In this document: positions 52,272 to 64,000 of the stretch, one piece after another | How positions within the stretch are numbered: position 1 is the first letter of the stretch | Layout: each line of letters opens with the position of its first letter | Origin: Octopus bimaculoides | Taxonomy: Eukaryota | Length of the DNA: 64,000 bases | Assembly: GCF_001194135.2 (NCBI RefSeq) | Contig: NC_068983.1 | Location: 155,205,870-155,269,869, forward strand | Reading direction: 5' to 3' | Made by a program: the position numbers and the translations under genes | Notes under the pieces: model-generated | Databases searched by the model: none | What the model was told of the DNA's origin: nothing | What the model saw: only the letters and a program-made list of their open reading frames with translations

Positions 52272-52824
52272 NNNNNNNNNNNNNNNNNNNNNNNNNNNNN
52301 NNNNNNNNNNNNNNNNNNNNNNNNNNNNNNNNNNNNNNNNNNNNNNNNNNNNNNNNNNNNNNNNNNNNNNNNNNNNNNNNNNNNNNNNNNNNNNNNNNNN
52401 NNNNNNNNNNNNNNNNNNNNNNNNNNNNNNNNNNNNNNNNNNNNNNNNNNNNNNNNNNNNNNNNNNNNNNNNNNNNNNNNNNNNNNNNNNNNNNNNNNNN
52501 NNNNNNNNNNNNNNNNNNNNNNNNNNNNNNNNNNNNNNNNNNNNNNNNNNNNNNNNNNNNNNNNNNNNNNNNNNNNNNNNNNNNNNNNNNNNNNNNNNNN
52601 NNNNNNNNNNNNNNNNNNNNNNNNNNNNNNNNNNNNNNNNNNNNNNNNNNNNNNNNNNNNNNNNNNNNNNNATTTGTTTTTTTTTTTGTTTTTTGGCTGG
52701 CTGCAAACTTTTCCACTCACTAATTTGAGTTGCTAAACACGTTACTTATTATTGCTTCGTTTTCATACAAAGCTGAAGCCTTCTGCCTCTGTGTTAATTC
52801 AAAAACTTCAATATAAAAACAGTA

Positions 52825-52866
<42 letters not shown>

Positions 52867-53029
52867 CATTTAGTGGTTTGACTGCAACTGGTAAGGCTGA
52901 GAGCTGCACCAGGCTCCAGTCGTTTGTTTTGGCTTGGTTTCTATGGCTGGATGCCTTTCCTAACGCCAACTACTCCACAGACCTGGGTGCCTTTTATGTG
53001 TCACCATTTCTTAGTAATAATGATAATAA

Positions 53030-53247
53030 TAATCCTTTCTACTAAAGGCACAAGGCCTGAAATTTTTGTGGGCAAAGGGAGTAGTTGATTACATCGACCC
53101 CTCTTTCGCTGGATATTTAATTCACCGACCCCAAAAGAATGAAATGCACAGTTGACCTTGGTAGAATTTGATCTCAGAACGTAGCGATGGGCAAAACATT
53201 ACTAAGCATTTTGCCCCTCGTGTTAACAATTCTGCCAGTTCGCTGTC

Positions 53248-53281
<34 letters not shown>

Positions 53282-53500
53282 TCCTTTCTACTAAAAACAC
53301 AAGGCCTGAAATTTTGGGGGAGGATACCAGTCGATTAGATCGACTCCAGTACACAACTGGTACTTAATTTATCAACCCCTGAAAAGATGAAAGGCAAAGT
53401 TGACCTCGGCAGAATTTGAACTTAGAATGTAGCAACGGGCAAAATACTGCTAAGCATTTCGTCCAGTGTGCTAACAATTCTGCCAGCTCGCCACCTTAAT
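53030..53500 (-). mobile_element. Two tandem units of the same ~220-bp family, minus strand; degenerate units continue at 53960-54600
   Basis: atcctttctacta...cacaaggcctgaaattt...caattctgccag.tcgc...ttaataat repeated with a (TAA)n spacer. Confidence 0.8.
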
Positions 53501-56500
53501 AATAATTTTAATGAGGTCATTTGCACATTGGGTTCAATACCACCCCATCTGAAAAAAACATCTGAAAACCTTAGAAATATCCTACAATCTAGATGTATTA
53601 CTTGGAGCTGCATGCATATTGTGTAAAGTACTGTCTGTCTAAGATCCTTGTTGTGATTTGACAAACAGTAGACACTATATCTTCAATCAACAACCTTACA
53701 ATATTGTATATTGTGTGACGTCTATAATAATAATGATGCCCATTCTCCCCTGCTATCATGAGGCTTTTTTTGGAGTTGGATTTTCTACGGAGAGCATACC
53801 CTTGCTTACCCCCAACCTCAGTTTCTAGACATGAGTGGTCCTGAGACCAAGTCCTCTACTATGATTTTTAAGAAATGTAGTGGAAAACTTGCTCGGGAAG
53901 GCAGGGACGCCACTCCCTGAGACCCCTTTCAGAGCCCCCATAATAACAATGATTGTTTCTAATTTTAGAATAAGGCCAACTATTTGTGGAAGGGGTTAGT
54001 TGATACCATCATTCCAGTCCATAGATGGTACTTTATTTTATCAACCTTTAAAGGACAAGACCAAGTTTGACTTCGGCAGTATTTGAACTGATAATGTTTC
54101 TTGACACCGTAACAATTCTGCCAGTTAAACATCTTAATAATGATAATGATATTTATTTGAACCACAGTCAGTTAGATGAATTCCACTATTCGACTGATAC
54201 TTTATTAAGCAACTTGACAGACAGTAAAAAACAGTCAAGTATGGCAAGATTTGAACTCGCATTGTAAAGAGACCCAACGAAATGGTACAAGGCATTTTAT
54301 CAAACACTTTGATGCTTTTGCCAATTGCTTTTCACTTTTAATTATCATGATTTCTATTCTTGGCACATTGTCAGAAATCTTAAAAGGGATTAGTTAATCA
54401 AATCAACACCAGTCTGGGATTTATTTTATTGGACCATGAAGGATTAAATGCAAAAAGCTGACTGCTAGAGAATTTGAACTCAGAGAATATAAAGTACTGC
54501 AAGAATTTTGTTTGGCACTAAGTCTGCCAACCCATTATCACTAATAATAGAGTATGATAAAGAATGGTAATAATTGATTCTTTTGCTTAGGCACAAGGCT
54601 CATTTTTGTCATGAGGACGCAGTATTATTTAGCCTTTTGTTTCCCTAAAGTATCACTGGTACTCACATGATTTTTGTATTGAGCACTCTGGGAGAAATAC
54701 CAGTAATACTCCCCACCATCTTTTACCATATATGTGTGTGTCTGTCTTTGCATTCATCCATTTGTTCCAAAGCACTTTTCATTTTGAATCGTTTCTCCTT
54801 CTTTCTCTCTTTACACTCATTCTTCTGCAGTTGTTTCTCTTTTTCTTCTACGTTTACTGCTGCTGCTACTACTGCTGCTATTACTACTACTACTACTACT
54901 ACTACTTTTTAGTTTTCTTAACATTGAGGCTGTCTTTTCTTTTTTTTCTTTCTTTTGTCATTTCTTTTTCTTTTCCCGTTTTTCTTTCCGGTTTCTTTCA
55001 TATTTTCTTCTTTCTTCTTTATGTTTCTCTCTTTCATTATCATCCTCTTCGTTCATCTTCTTATTCATATACACAGTTATATTCCTTCTTTATCACCACC
55101 ACATTACTACCACTTCTATCTCAGCCTCTTCCATTTTACTTCCTCCTTTAATTAGCATCATCATCATCATTTATTCATCCATACATCTTGTCATCTACCT
55201 GTCAATTGTTCAGCTAACCAACTATCCATCCATCCATTTAACTATTCTTCTACCTATCTACTGTCTCTTTGCTGATCTTGTGTGTTCACTTGCACTAAAA
55301 CACTGGCTGATTTTGTTGTTTTTTTTTTTTCTATTTTGTGTTATAAAAAAATGTCGCTGTTGTTTTCAGTCCAACTCACTCTTTAGTTTTTATTGTCTTT
55401 ACAATGCTTCTTACTCTTGCATGCATTTACTTTTTCACTCTGTGGCTACTTTCCTTGGAAACAAAGGAAACTCTTTTGATTAGCCAAAAGCAGCTTTCCA
55501 CATGGGGTATTTATTCTTAATGTTTCTTTTCAATTAATTATTTGTCTAATATGCGTATAACATTTATGGGTTATGATAAGCATGAAGTGTGTGTCCTCCA
55601 CTTCTTTTTAAAATTTAATATGGGTTCCATGTCTTCATATGTTGTACTCTTGTTTGTTGTGATCACCTGTGTCTTTGATTCCTACTGACACTGTCTTTGC
55701 CGTGCACAGCATGTTTGTTGTTGACACGCATGTTTACACTTATTATATACACACCATCTTTGTTATATTCATTCACCATTTATTACACTGCATCATGTTT
55801 GCTGGGTTGTTTGTTTGTTGTAACCGTCAAATTGGTTTAGCACCTCTGTGTCTCTCCATTCTTTTTAGACATCATGTTTCCTGTTTTGTGCATTTATCAT
55901 TATTCTTATGTATAGTCTTTATCACATTTAAGAATTTTATCAACTTATGAGAGAACCTGAAATAATTCTTTTGCCAGAATATTAACTCTTGAACTACATC
56001 ACATAAACTTGCAGGCAGGCTTTGACTTTTTTCCATTCAGAAGGGTTTTTCATCTCAACATTTACATGTTATCATTTATAGCTTTATGTGATGTTCCTTG
56101 AGAGCCAATATTTCAAAAAAGAATTATCAAATTTGTTTTGAACTTTTAAATTTTCATTATATGAAACCTATTATGTTTCTTTTTTTTTGTGGATGTGCTA
56201 TTTTCATTTTGAGGTGTTGATATTTTTTGTCGTACTATGAAGTTAAGCCCAGACATGCTGATTTTTGTCTGCTGTTATAACTATGGCGTCATTTTTCTCT
56301 GGTTGTTATGACTAATTTACATTTGACACTGACTAACTCTGTTTTGGACAGTAGCAGCTGCTAGATTACAGTGCAAACCAAATATTTATCTATTGTCACC
56401 CTCATATTAACAAATGGACACTATCTTAAGTGTTGCTTGGCTATGGACACCACACCTTTCTCTATTCTGAATCCACTGTTGTTTGTTGAGAGCACACATC

Positions 56501-56514
56501 ATCAGCCTTTTGTT

Positions 56515-56745
56515 TCTAAACACCATGGTTTTGTTGTGGTCATATGGCTTTGCTGTAGATGCTACAGCTTTGTTGGGCTCATTATTGCTTTTTTTTTTTT
56601 TTGTAGACAAAATAGCTTTATTGTGGGCTCATAGCTTTGTTATGGGCACAACAGAGTTTTGTGAATACTACAGCTTTGCTGTGGACACTACAGTTTTTGT
56701 AATGGACATCACAGCTTTGATAATAAATACCACATTTTTGCTGTA
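56515..56745. repeat. Degenerate ~20-21-bp minisatellite, consensus about cactacagctttgytgtgga
   Basis: About ten successive units, e.g. gctacagctttgttggg, ctcatagctttgttatggg, tactacagctttgctgtgga, cactacagtttttgtaatgga, catcacagctttgataat. Confidence 0.6.
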
Positions 56746-59700
56746 TTGTTTGTTTTGATCAATCTGCTCATTATTTGTTGCACACATTATAAATCTTAAG
56801 TATTTTGATGTGTATGTGTGTAACAGAAACTTGGTAACCAGTGTCAAACTGAGATAATTTCAATAAATCAAGAATTTATTATTTGGTATTTGATATACCT
56901 GTATTTGTCTTTGTTGTTCAGATATATATCACTGGCATATCTCTGAGCTCACCTTTGTTTAAATTATGCAAATTAATTAGTAATCAGTTGCCTGGTAACT
57001 TGAAATATCTTACATGGCAGCTAAGTATGAAAAAAAGCACATTTTTAAAATAGGAAAATATGAAACCTCATGAGGGACTTTATTGGTGAGTGGTTGAAAG
57101 GAACAAAATTTCCATTCTTGAAGTAAGGGATAAGAAGGTGAGATGAGAGAGGTGGAGTAAAAGAATGAATAGAAAGAGGAGTGAGAGAAAGAGAGCAGGG
57201 TGGAGACTGAGTATGGTTGAAAAAATGTGGAAAAAGTTGTAATACAAGGGATATTGAAAAGAGGTATGTGGTAATGGAGAAATAGGAAGACAAAAGGGAA
57301 AATTCATGGAGAAAAAGAAAGATTTGAAGTGAGAGAGTGATAAAGAATAAAAAGATGACTGAGTAAGAGAAACATTTTAGGAGGAACATTATATTGTCCA
57401 GTGTTTTTTGATCAGGTGAGTTTGTAAGATAATAACAGAGCTACTGCTTTTTTGTTATATTGTACATCCAGGTAAGCCTGAGCCAAGGAAAGAACCATGG
57501 CATCTAAATTAGAAGATGAGATGCAATCCACCATACTGTTTTTTTTTTTCTTCTTCTTTTGTGTTTCTGTGATGGCTTTTTTTGTCATTTGACTGACATT
57601 CCAGAAGAGTCCATTCACATCATTTTTATTTCAGGCATAGTGTTTTGCTATTCTAACTCTTTTGATGCCAGTCTGCCTGAGACCACTCCTCATTCTATGA
57701 CACCCATTTCCTGTTTTAAAGTGTTCTAAATTAAAACCTTCCATCAAATTTTCATGTTAATTTGTTCCAAACACCAGCTTAATAATGACAAAGTTATTTT
57801 ACAAAATTCTTCATTATTTTTCAAAATTAATTGAAATAAAAGCAGCATATTTCAATGGAATATGGTAATGAATGGGGTTAAGGTACTAATCTTAATCCAT
57901 TGCCTGTTTTTATGCTGCCTGCTGGCACTTGGCAGATTTTAACAAAGATTACTCTGTTGCATGCTTCAGACCAAATCTCAAGTCAGAAGATAGCTGTGCT
58001 ACTTCCTATTGCAGCAATCCTTGGTAGTTTCATCCCCAAATTTTTCCCCCTCCTCTTATAAATTTTAAAGGTCTTGCAGTAAATCATAGGTGCTACCCTT
58101 CCCCTTCTTTTTAAACTATAAAAAAATGTCAGGAGGGTGTGGTTAAAAGGAGATTAAGCAGCTATTTCTAAAAGGTTGTGGTGGGGGGGGCCTTGTTGGC
58201 TCAACTACAACATTGTTGATAATGTAGAAGTAGGGCTTAGTGGGATCAGTCTAATAGTTGAAGTATTATCATCAGCAGCAGCAGTAGTAGTAGACAGCAA
58301 TGGTAATAGTAGAGGTGGTAGTGGTGTTATTGCTTTCGATTATGGAGTTAGTGGCTTTTGTGCATTGGTTCTGGTGGAAATGGTACCCATGGCAATGGTT
58401 TGTTCCTTCCTCCCACTATGCCCCACAAATTGTGATGAGGGAAAAAGTTAGGGGGAAGAGGTGAGCTGCTGTCAGTGAACTGTGCAACAGTCACTCCTTG
58501 ACAAGCCTTTTCTTTTTCTTGACAGGTGATGCAACATACTTGGGGAAAACAAATTAAAGGTAGTCTAGACAATTAAGGGGAGAAAGGAAGAGGAGAATAG
58601 AGAGAAGAAAGAGGCGAAAAAAGAAAAAATAAGGATATGTAAAAGGAAGGGAGAAGCATTTGGTCAAAAAAGTTATTTTAGGAGGGTGGTAGGAGGACCT
58701 TTAATAAACATAAAATTTGAAAATAAAGGGGTGGGGGAGGAAATAATAAAGGAAAATAATTGTAAAAAATATTGTAATGATAGTGGGAGCATAGCAGTGA
58801 CAATGTTTGTTTGTGTGTGTGTGGTGGTGGGAGAATATAGCAGGCTTTTGTTAAGTTACTTCCCATGTACATCCACCTTCATTGTCCACTAGATGTACCT
58901 CTCAGTACCAATCGCCCACCTCTGACACTAACACCACTGTAAGATCTTGTGATGTCACCTTTAGTGCTTAAGCCCTTCCTGTCTTTCTTAAAGAACTTGA
59001 AACTATGGCAGATGACATGTGTCCTGAGGAATTTCATTAAAGGATGTTGGGCTAGGTTAAATCAGATTAGCAATATTTATTGTGTGATTATATGCTGTGA
59101 TTTTTCATTATGTATTCGGAAATGATTCATAGTTTATTGTTATAGTGGTGATAATGTTCAAGGCATAGATTTTAGAAAAAGTCAAAAAAAACAAAAGGAA
59201 AAATAAATCGTTTTATAAAACTTTTAAAATACACATAATTTGTGTAATATAAAGCAAATATGTGATGTGAATGTGTAAAAACCATCATTATTTAAAGGCG
59301 CAGGCATGGCTGTGTGGTAAGAAGTTTGCTTCCCAGCCACATGGCTCTGGGTTCAGTCCCATTGTGTGGCATCTTGGGTAAGTGTCTTCTACTCTAGTCT
59401 CTGGCTGACTAAAACCTTGTGAGTGGATTTTAGATGGAAGCTGAAAGAAGCCCAACAGAATAAGTACTAGGTCAATTCATTCAGCTAAAAATTTTCAAGG
59501 TAGTGCTCCAGCATGGCCACAGTCTAAAGACTGAAACAATTGAAAGGGTAAAAGGTATATGTTTGGTTTTTCAATGCCTGCATGGGTCGGATGAGTACAC
59601 ATGTACATCTGTTTATATCTCAACCAGATGTAAACATTGTCAAGAAGGGAAAATACAAAAAAGAAAAAAACAAAAATTGCAAGTACTTTGTAATGACAGT

Positions 59701-61857
59701 CTTCACAAATATTTATTTTGCTGTGCACCTATTGATTTACTGCGAACCTTTGAGTGGCCCATTGGCAGTCTGCAACAAACAACACTATTGTGCATGATTC
59801 CAATTTAAAATTTAAAGAAGAAATAACAACTGAAAGTAAACAAAGGGAAATATGTGTATATATGTATGAATTTATATATATATATATATCATAGTGTATT
59901 TATGTACAATGAATGTGTCTGTGCGTGTGTATATGTATATATATATATATTTCATGCGGGTGACACGTAAAAGCACCCACTACACTCTCTGAGTGGTTGG
60001 CGTTAGGAAGGGCATCCAGCTGTAGAAACTCTGCCAAATTAGATTGGAGCCTGGTGTTGCCATCCGGTTTCACCAGTCCTCAGTCAAATCGTCCAACCCA
60101 TGCTAGCATGGAAAGCGGACGTTAAACGATGATGATGATGATGATGATATATATATGTATGTATTTACCTACGTGTTATGTGTATGAGAGAGAAAGAATG
60201 ATGCAGGAGGTTCATGTTTTGTACATCTGTGTATGTTTCCATCATCTTTACCAGTTTGTTTATAATAGTTTCTTTTTCATTTCTACATTTTTTTTTTGTG
60301 GGGTGGGGGAACTTTCAGCAGTTACAAATGGTGTTACAGCACGGTCTGTATGAAATGCTCATTAACTAAATAAAATGTAAAGCTAAATTAATAATAATGA
60401 TATTAATAACAAAATTTTTTAAAAAAACAACAAAATAAAAATCAAGCATTCAATAATAGTAATGATAACATCATCATCATGATTATTGTTAATATTATTA
60501 TTAAACCATCAAGTAAGGCAACAACTATTGTTTCTGCAGGTGTATTAAGAACTTTCAGTTTTAAGATTACCTTTCACAAAAAAAATATGTATATATATAT
60601 ATATATACGAATAAAAGGAAAAAGAAAACAAAAAAAAAACAATATAAATAAATAAAAATTTGTGAATATATATTATCAAACACCTTTTAATTGAAAACAA
60701 ACATCAGAAAGTCTGAGAAAGAACATAAAAAAAAATGAAAAATAATAAGAAGACAAAAGTAAAGTTGAAAAAAAAAAAAAAAAAAAATGTGGTTTTCTTA
60801 TAAAAATATAAGAAAAAGAAAACAAACTATCGCAAGTACTTTCCTACACAAAACATTATTTAGCATAACATTGAATAATGTAGGAAGTAGACCAAATGAT
60901 TTGTTTATATTTTTAAATTTTATAGATAGAAAATGAAGATGGTGTTAAAAATGTTTTTGTTTCATGCTATTCTGTTATTCTTGTCTGTTTTTACTGTATG
61001 TGTGAGTGTATAGCTGCTGTCTTCAGTTTTATTCACATACACGCACACATTCACTCTCTCTCTCTAATATATAATGTGTATGTGTGTGTATATATATATA
61101 CTCTTTTACTATTTTACTTGTTTCAGTCATTTGATTGTGACCATGCTGGAGCACTGCCTTTAGTCGAGCAAATCGACCCCAGGACTTATTCTTTGGAAGC
61201 CTAGTACTTATTCTATCAGTCTCTCTTGCCGAACCGCTAAGTTATGGGGACGTAAACACACCAGCATCGGTTGTCAAGCGATGTTGGGGGGACAAACACA
61301 GACACACATACATATACATATATACGACAGGCTTCTTTCAGTTTCCGTCTACCAGATCCACTCTCAAGGCTTTGGTCAGCCCGAGGCTATAGTAGAAGAC
61401 ACTTACCCATGGTGCCATGCAGTGGGACTGAACCCGGAACCATGTGGTTCGTAAGCAAGCTACTTACCACACAGCCACTCCTACGCCTATATATATATAC
61501 ACACACATACATACACACAAACATATATGCGTGTGTTTATGTATATATATGTGCATATATTTCACACAATGATATCATATTGAAAACATTTGGTTCTCGT
61601 CCCATCATCAAAGTTAAGCTGTGTTGGGCCTAGTTAGTACTTAGTTGGCTGACCGTTCAGGGAACTTAGGTTTTATAAACATCATTTAGGTGTAGGTGTG
61701 GTTGTGTGGTTAAAGAAACTTGCTTCCCTGTCATATGGTTTTGGGTTCAGTTCCATTGCAAGTCACCTTGGGCAACTGTGTTCTATTATAGCTCTAACCC
61801 AACCAAAGTTTTGTGGGTGGATTTGTTTGTCAGAAACTGAAATAAACCCATTGTGTG

Positions 61858-61903
<46 letters not shown>

Positions 61904-63257
61904 TGTATGTTTTATTTCCTATAGTTTGAAAAGACATGTCTGATCATGGGGGAAATGGTAACTTTCTTAGAAATAGGTAACGGTTAGTGACAGGGAGGGC
62001 ATTCAACTATAGGAAATCTACTATAATAAATTCTGTCTGACCCATACAAGAATGGAAAAGTGCCCATTAAAATGATGATGTTGTGTGTGTGTATATCTGT
62101 AATGAAGACGCATGTTTCAGTGGTTAGTGTTAGGCTTACAGTCTTGAGGTTGTGAGTTCAATTCACAGACCAGACTGTGTGATGTGTTGTTGAACCTGAC
62201 ACTTTATTTCATGTTGCTCCAGTTCACTAAACTGTGGAAATGGGTAGCATCTTCACTGGGGCCCATCTGATTGCCTTTGTCTTTCCCTTGGGCAACATTG
62301 GTGGCATAGAGAAGGAAAACTGCTATGTATGGGCAACTGCTGGTCTTCCACAAAACAACCTCGCTTGGACTTGTACCTCAGAGAGGAACTTTCTAGATGT
62401 TATCCCGTGGTCATTCATGACCAAAGGGGGTCTTTATTTTTTTTTATATACATATATACATGTGTCTGTGTGTGCATATCTGTTTGTGTGTATATAGTTG
62501 TGTGTATATAGTTGTGTGTATATAGTTGTGTGTGTTTGATGTCTATGTATATCTATTTGTGTATGCACAGCTGTATGTATCTAGAACTTTTCTTCTTAGT
62601 CTACTTGATTCTTGTTTTAGTTCACTTTTTTTACTGCTACCATTTAAATGTTTACTTAGTGTCATGCCTGTATTGTATAGTAAGTACAAGCTCGGTTAAT
62701 GCCCTGGTGGTTAATAGTTTATTCCAAGTTACTATTGCTTTTCATCTATATATATATATATTTTTTTTTGTAACCTGTCAGTTCCATCAGTTTGGCTCTC
62801 AGGTAGTCTTTTTTTTTTTTTTCTTCTTCTGTTTCTGATGTCTGTCTGTGTTTATGTTCATGTATTGGGAAGTTTGTGATGCTTGTTGTTGTTATTAAAA
62901 ACAGACTGGTTGAAGACAACTGTGGTTAACTTCCCAAATCTTCTTACTACTGTAAGGTAGAAAAGAAAAGGTGCAAGATAGAGGAATCAGCAGCAACACT
63001 TTAATCATTGTCAAAATAACTACAGTCTTGATAGCTATTTTTCATCACAAGATGTTATTCTTTATGATTATTATTATTATTAAATTCAAATTACGATGAA
63101 CGTAAACAAAGAAACGAAGTTTGCTTTTAGAAGCGTTAAGATGTCTTAGAAAGTTAAAGAGGTGATTTTAAATTCTCAAACGCAGGATAATGCTAATAAT
63201 ATAGCCTGAGCAGGATAAACTACCCCTATTTTGCAGAAAAAAGTATAGGTGGCCAGC

Positions 63258-63290
<33 letters not shown>

Positions 63291-64000
63291 TAAGAAGGTG
63301 ATGAGCTGCCAAATGGACAAAATGATTAGCAGTATTTCACCTGTTGCTACATTCTGAGCTCAAATTCTGCCATGGTTGACTTTGCCTTTCATCCTTTCAG
63401 GGTCAATAAATTAAGTACCAGGTAAACATTGGGGGTCAATGTAATCGACTTACCCCCTCCCCCAAAATTTCAGGCTTTGTGCCTACAGTTGAAAGGATTA
63501 TTATTATTATTAAGGCATCGAACTGGTAGAATGATTAGCACACCAAGCAAAATGCTGAGTGGTATTATGTCTGTCTTTACGTGTTCTGAGTTCAAATTCT
63601 GCCAAGGCAGAATTTCAACCTTCTAGGGTCAATGAATTAAGTACCATTTGAGTATTGGAGGAGGTTGATGTAATCAACTTAAGCTCCTCTCTCATAATTT
63701 CAGCAGCCTTCTGGCTTTCCGGCCCTCAGTCAAACCATCCAACCCATGCCAACATGGAAAGCGGATGTTAAACAACAATGATGATGATGATGATGTGCCT
63801 ATTATTATAATTAAGGTGGTGAGCTGGCAGAATTTTTAGCATGTTGAGCAAAATGCTTAGTGGCATTTCATCCATCCTCACATCCCGAATTCAAATTCCA
63901 CCGAGGTCAGCTTTGCCTTTCATCCTTTCAGGGTCGATAAATTAAGTACCAGTAAAACACTGGGGTCTATGTAATCAACTACTAGTCCCCTCCCCCAAAA
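63291..64000 (+). mobile_element. Three units of the ~220-bp family with (TAT)n spacers and an intervening (ATG)n-tailed fragment
   Basis: Units at about 63291-63497, 63511-63700 and 63812-64000 (truncated by the window). Confidence 0.8.

Larger units (their letters stand above)
1..64000. repeat. Abundant microsatellites: (TA)n, (CA)n, (CT)n, (TAT)n, (TAA)n, (TAG)n, (CAT)n
   Basis: Examples: (TA)n 1-47, 38845-38893, 49021-49076; (CA)n 2049-2093, 5657-5703; (TAT)n 51233-51300; (CT)n 52228-52271. Most N-gaps abut such tracts. Confidence 0.95.

Noticed and set aside
1635-52736. Long ORFs in the track made of X, YI/IY, HT, SL or poly-L/F
   Set aside because: They span N-gaps or microsatellites; no coding signal.
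56954-57020. Minus-strand AG...GTGAGC-bounded block containing ATGCAAAT/TAATTA
   Set aside because: Stops in all three frames and no linked exons; could be non-coding or regulatory but unsupported.
57090-58760. Purine-rich (GA) tracts and ORFs 57045-57389, 58176-58451
   Set aside because: Low-complexity strand-biased sequence without mirror symmetry or a recognisable protein.
1-64000. CRISPR arrays or other prokaryotic/viral systems
   Set aside because: The tandem units are diverged SINE-like repeats with microsatellite spacers, not identical repeats with unique spacers; no cas, transposase or viral ORFs are present.

Overview
This is eukaryotic, AT-rich, microsatellite-dense genomic DNA with about 12 N-gaps. 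The repeat families look like those of a coleoid cephalopod, probably Octopus; that is an inference from repeat style, not a database match. One protein-coding gene is supported: a + strand class-1 semaphorin (Sema-1a-like). Eleven GT-AG exons at 1463-23154 splice in frame (1222 nt) and encode the C-terminal ~two thirds of the Sema domain plus the PSI domain. A probable twelfth exon at 37197-37397 encodes a Thr-rich stalk with a CPPCKPC motif. The 5' exons lie upstream of the window, and I found no transmembrane/cytoplasmic exon in the remaining 26.6 kb. The rest is intronic: several modular tRNA-derived SINE families, TTAA-flanked MITEs, a 540-bp foldback element, LINE remnants, micro/minisatellites. 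Almost all ORFs in the supplied track are low-complexity or gap artefacts. Best leads: (1) a possible secreted, hinge-dimerised semaphorin-1 isoform (read-through stop plus AATAAA after the stalk exon); (2) a frame-preserving 27-nt candidate microexon; (3) genomic HPE in place of the conserved RPG motif, which two A-to-I edits would restore; (4) long intronic dsRNA-forming structures next to or flanking exons. No rRNA, true tRNA, CRISPR or prokaryotic features were seen.
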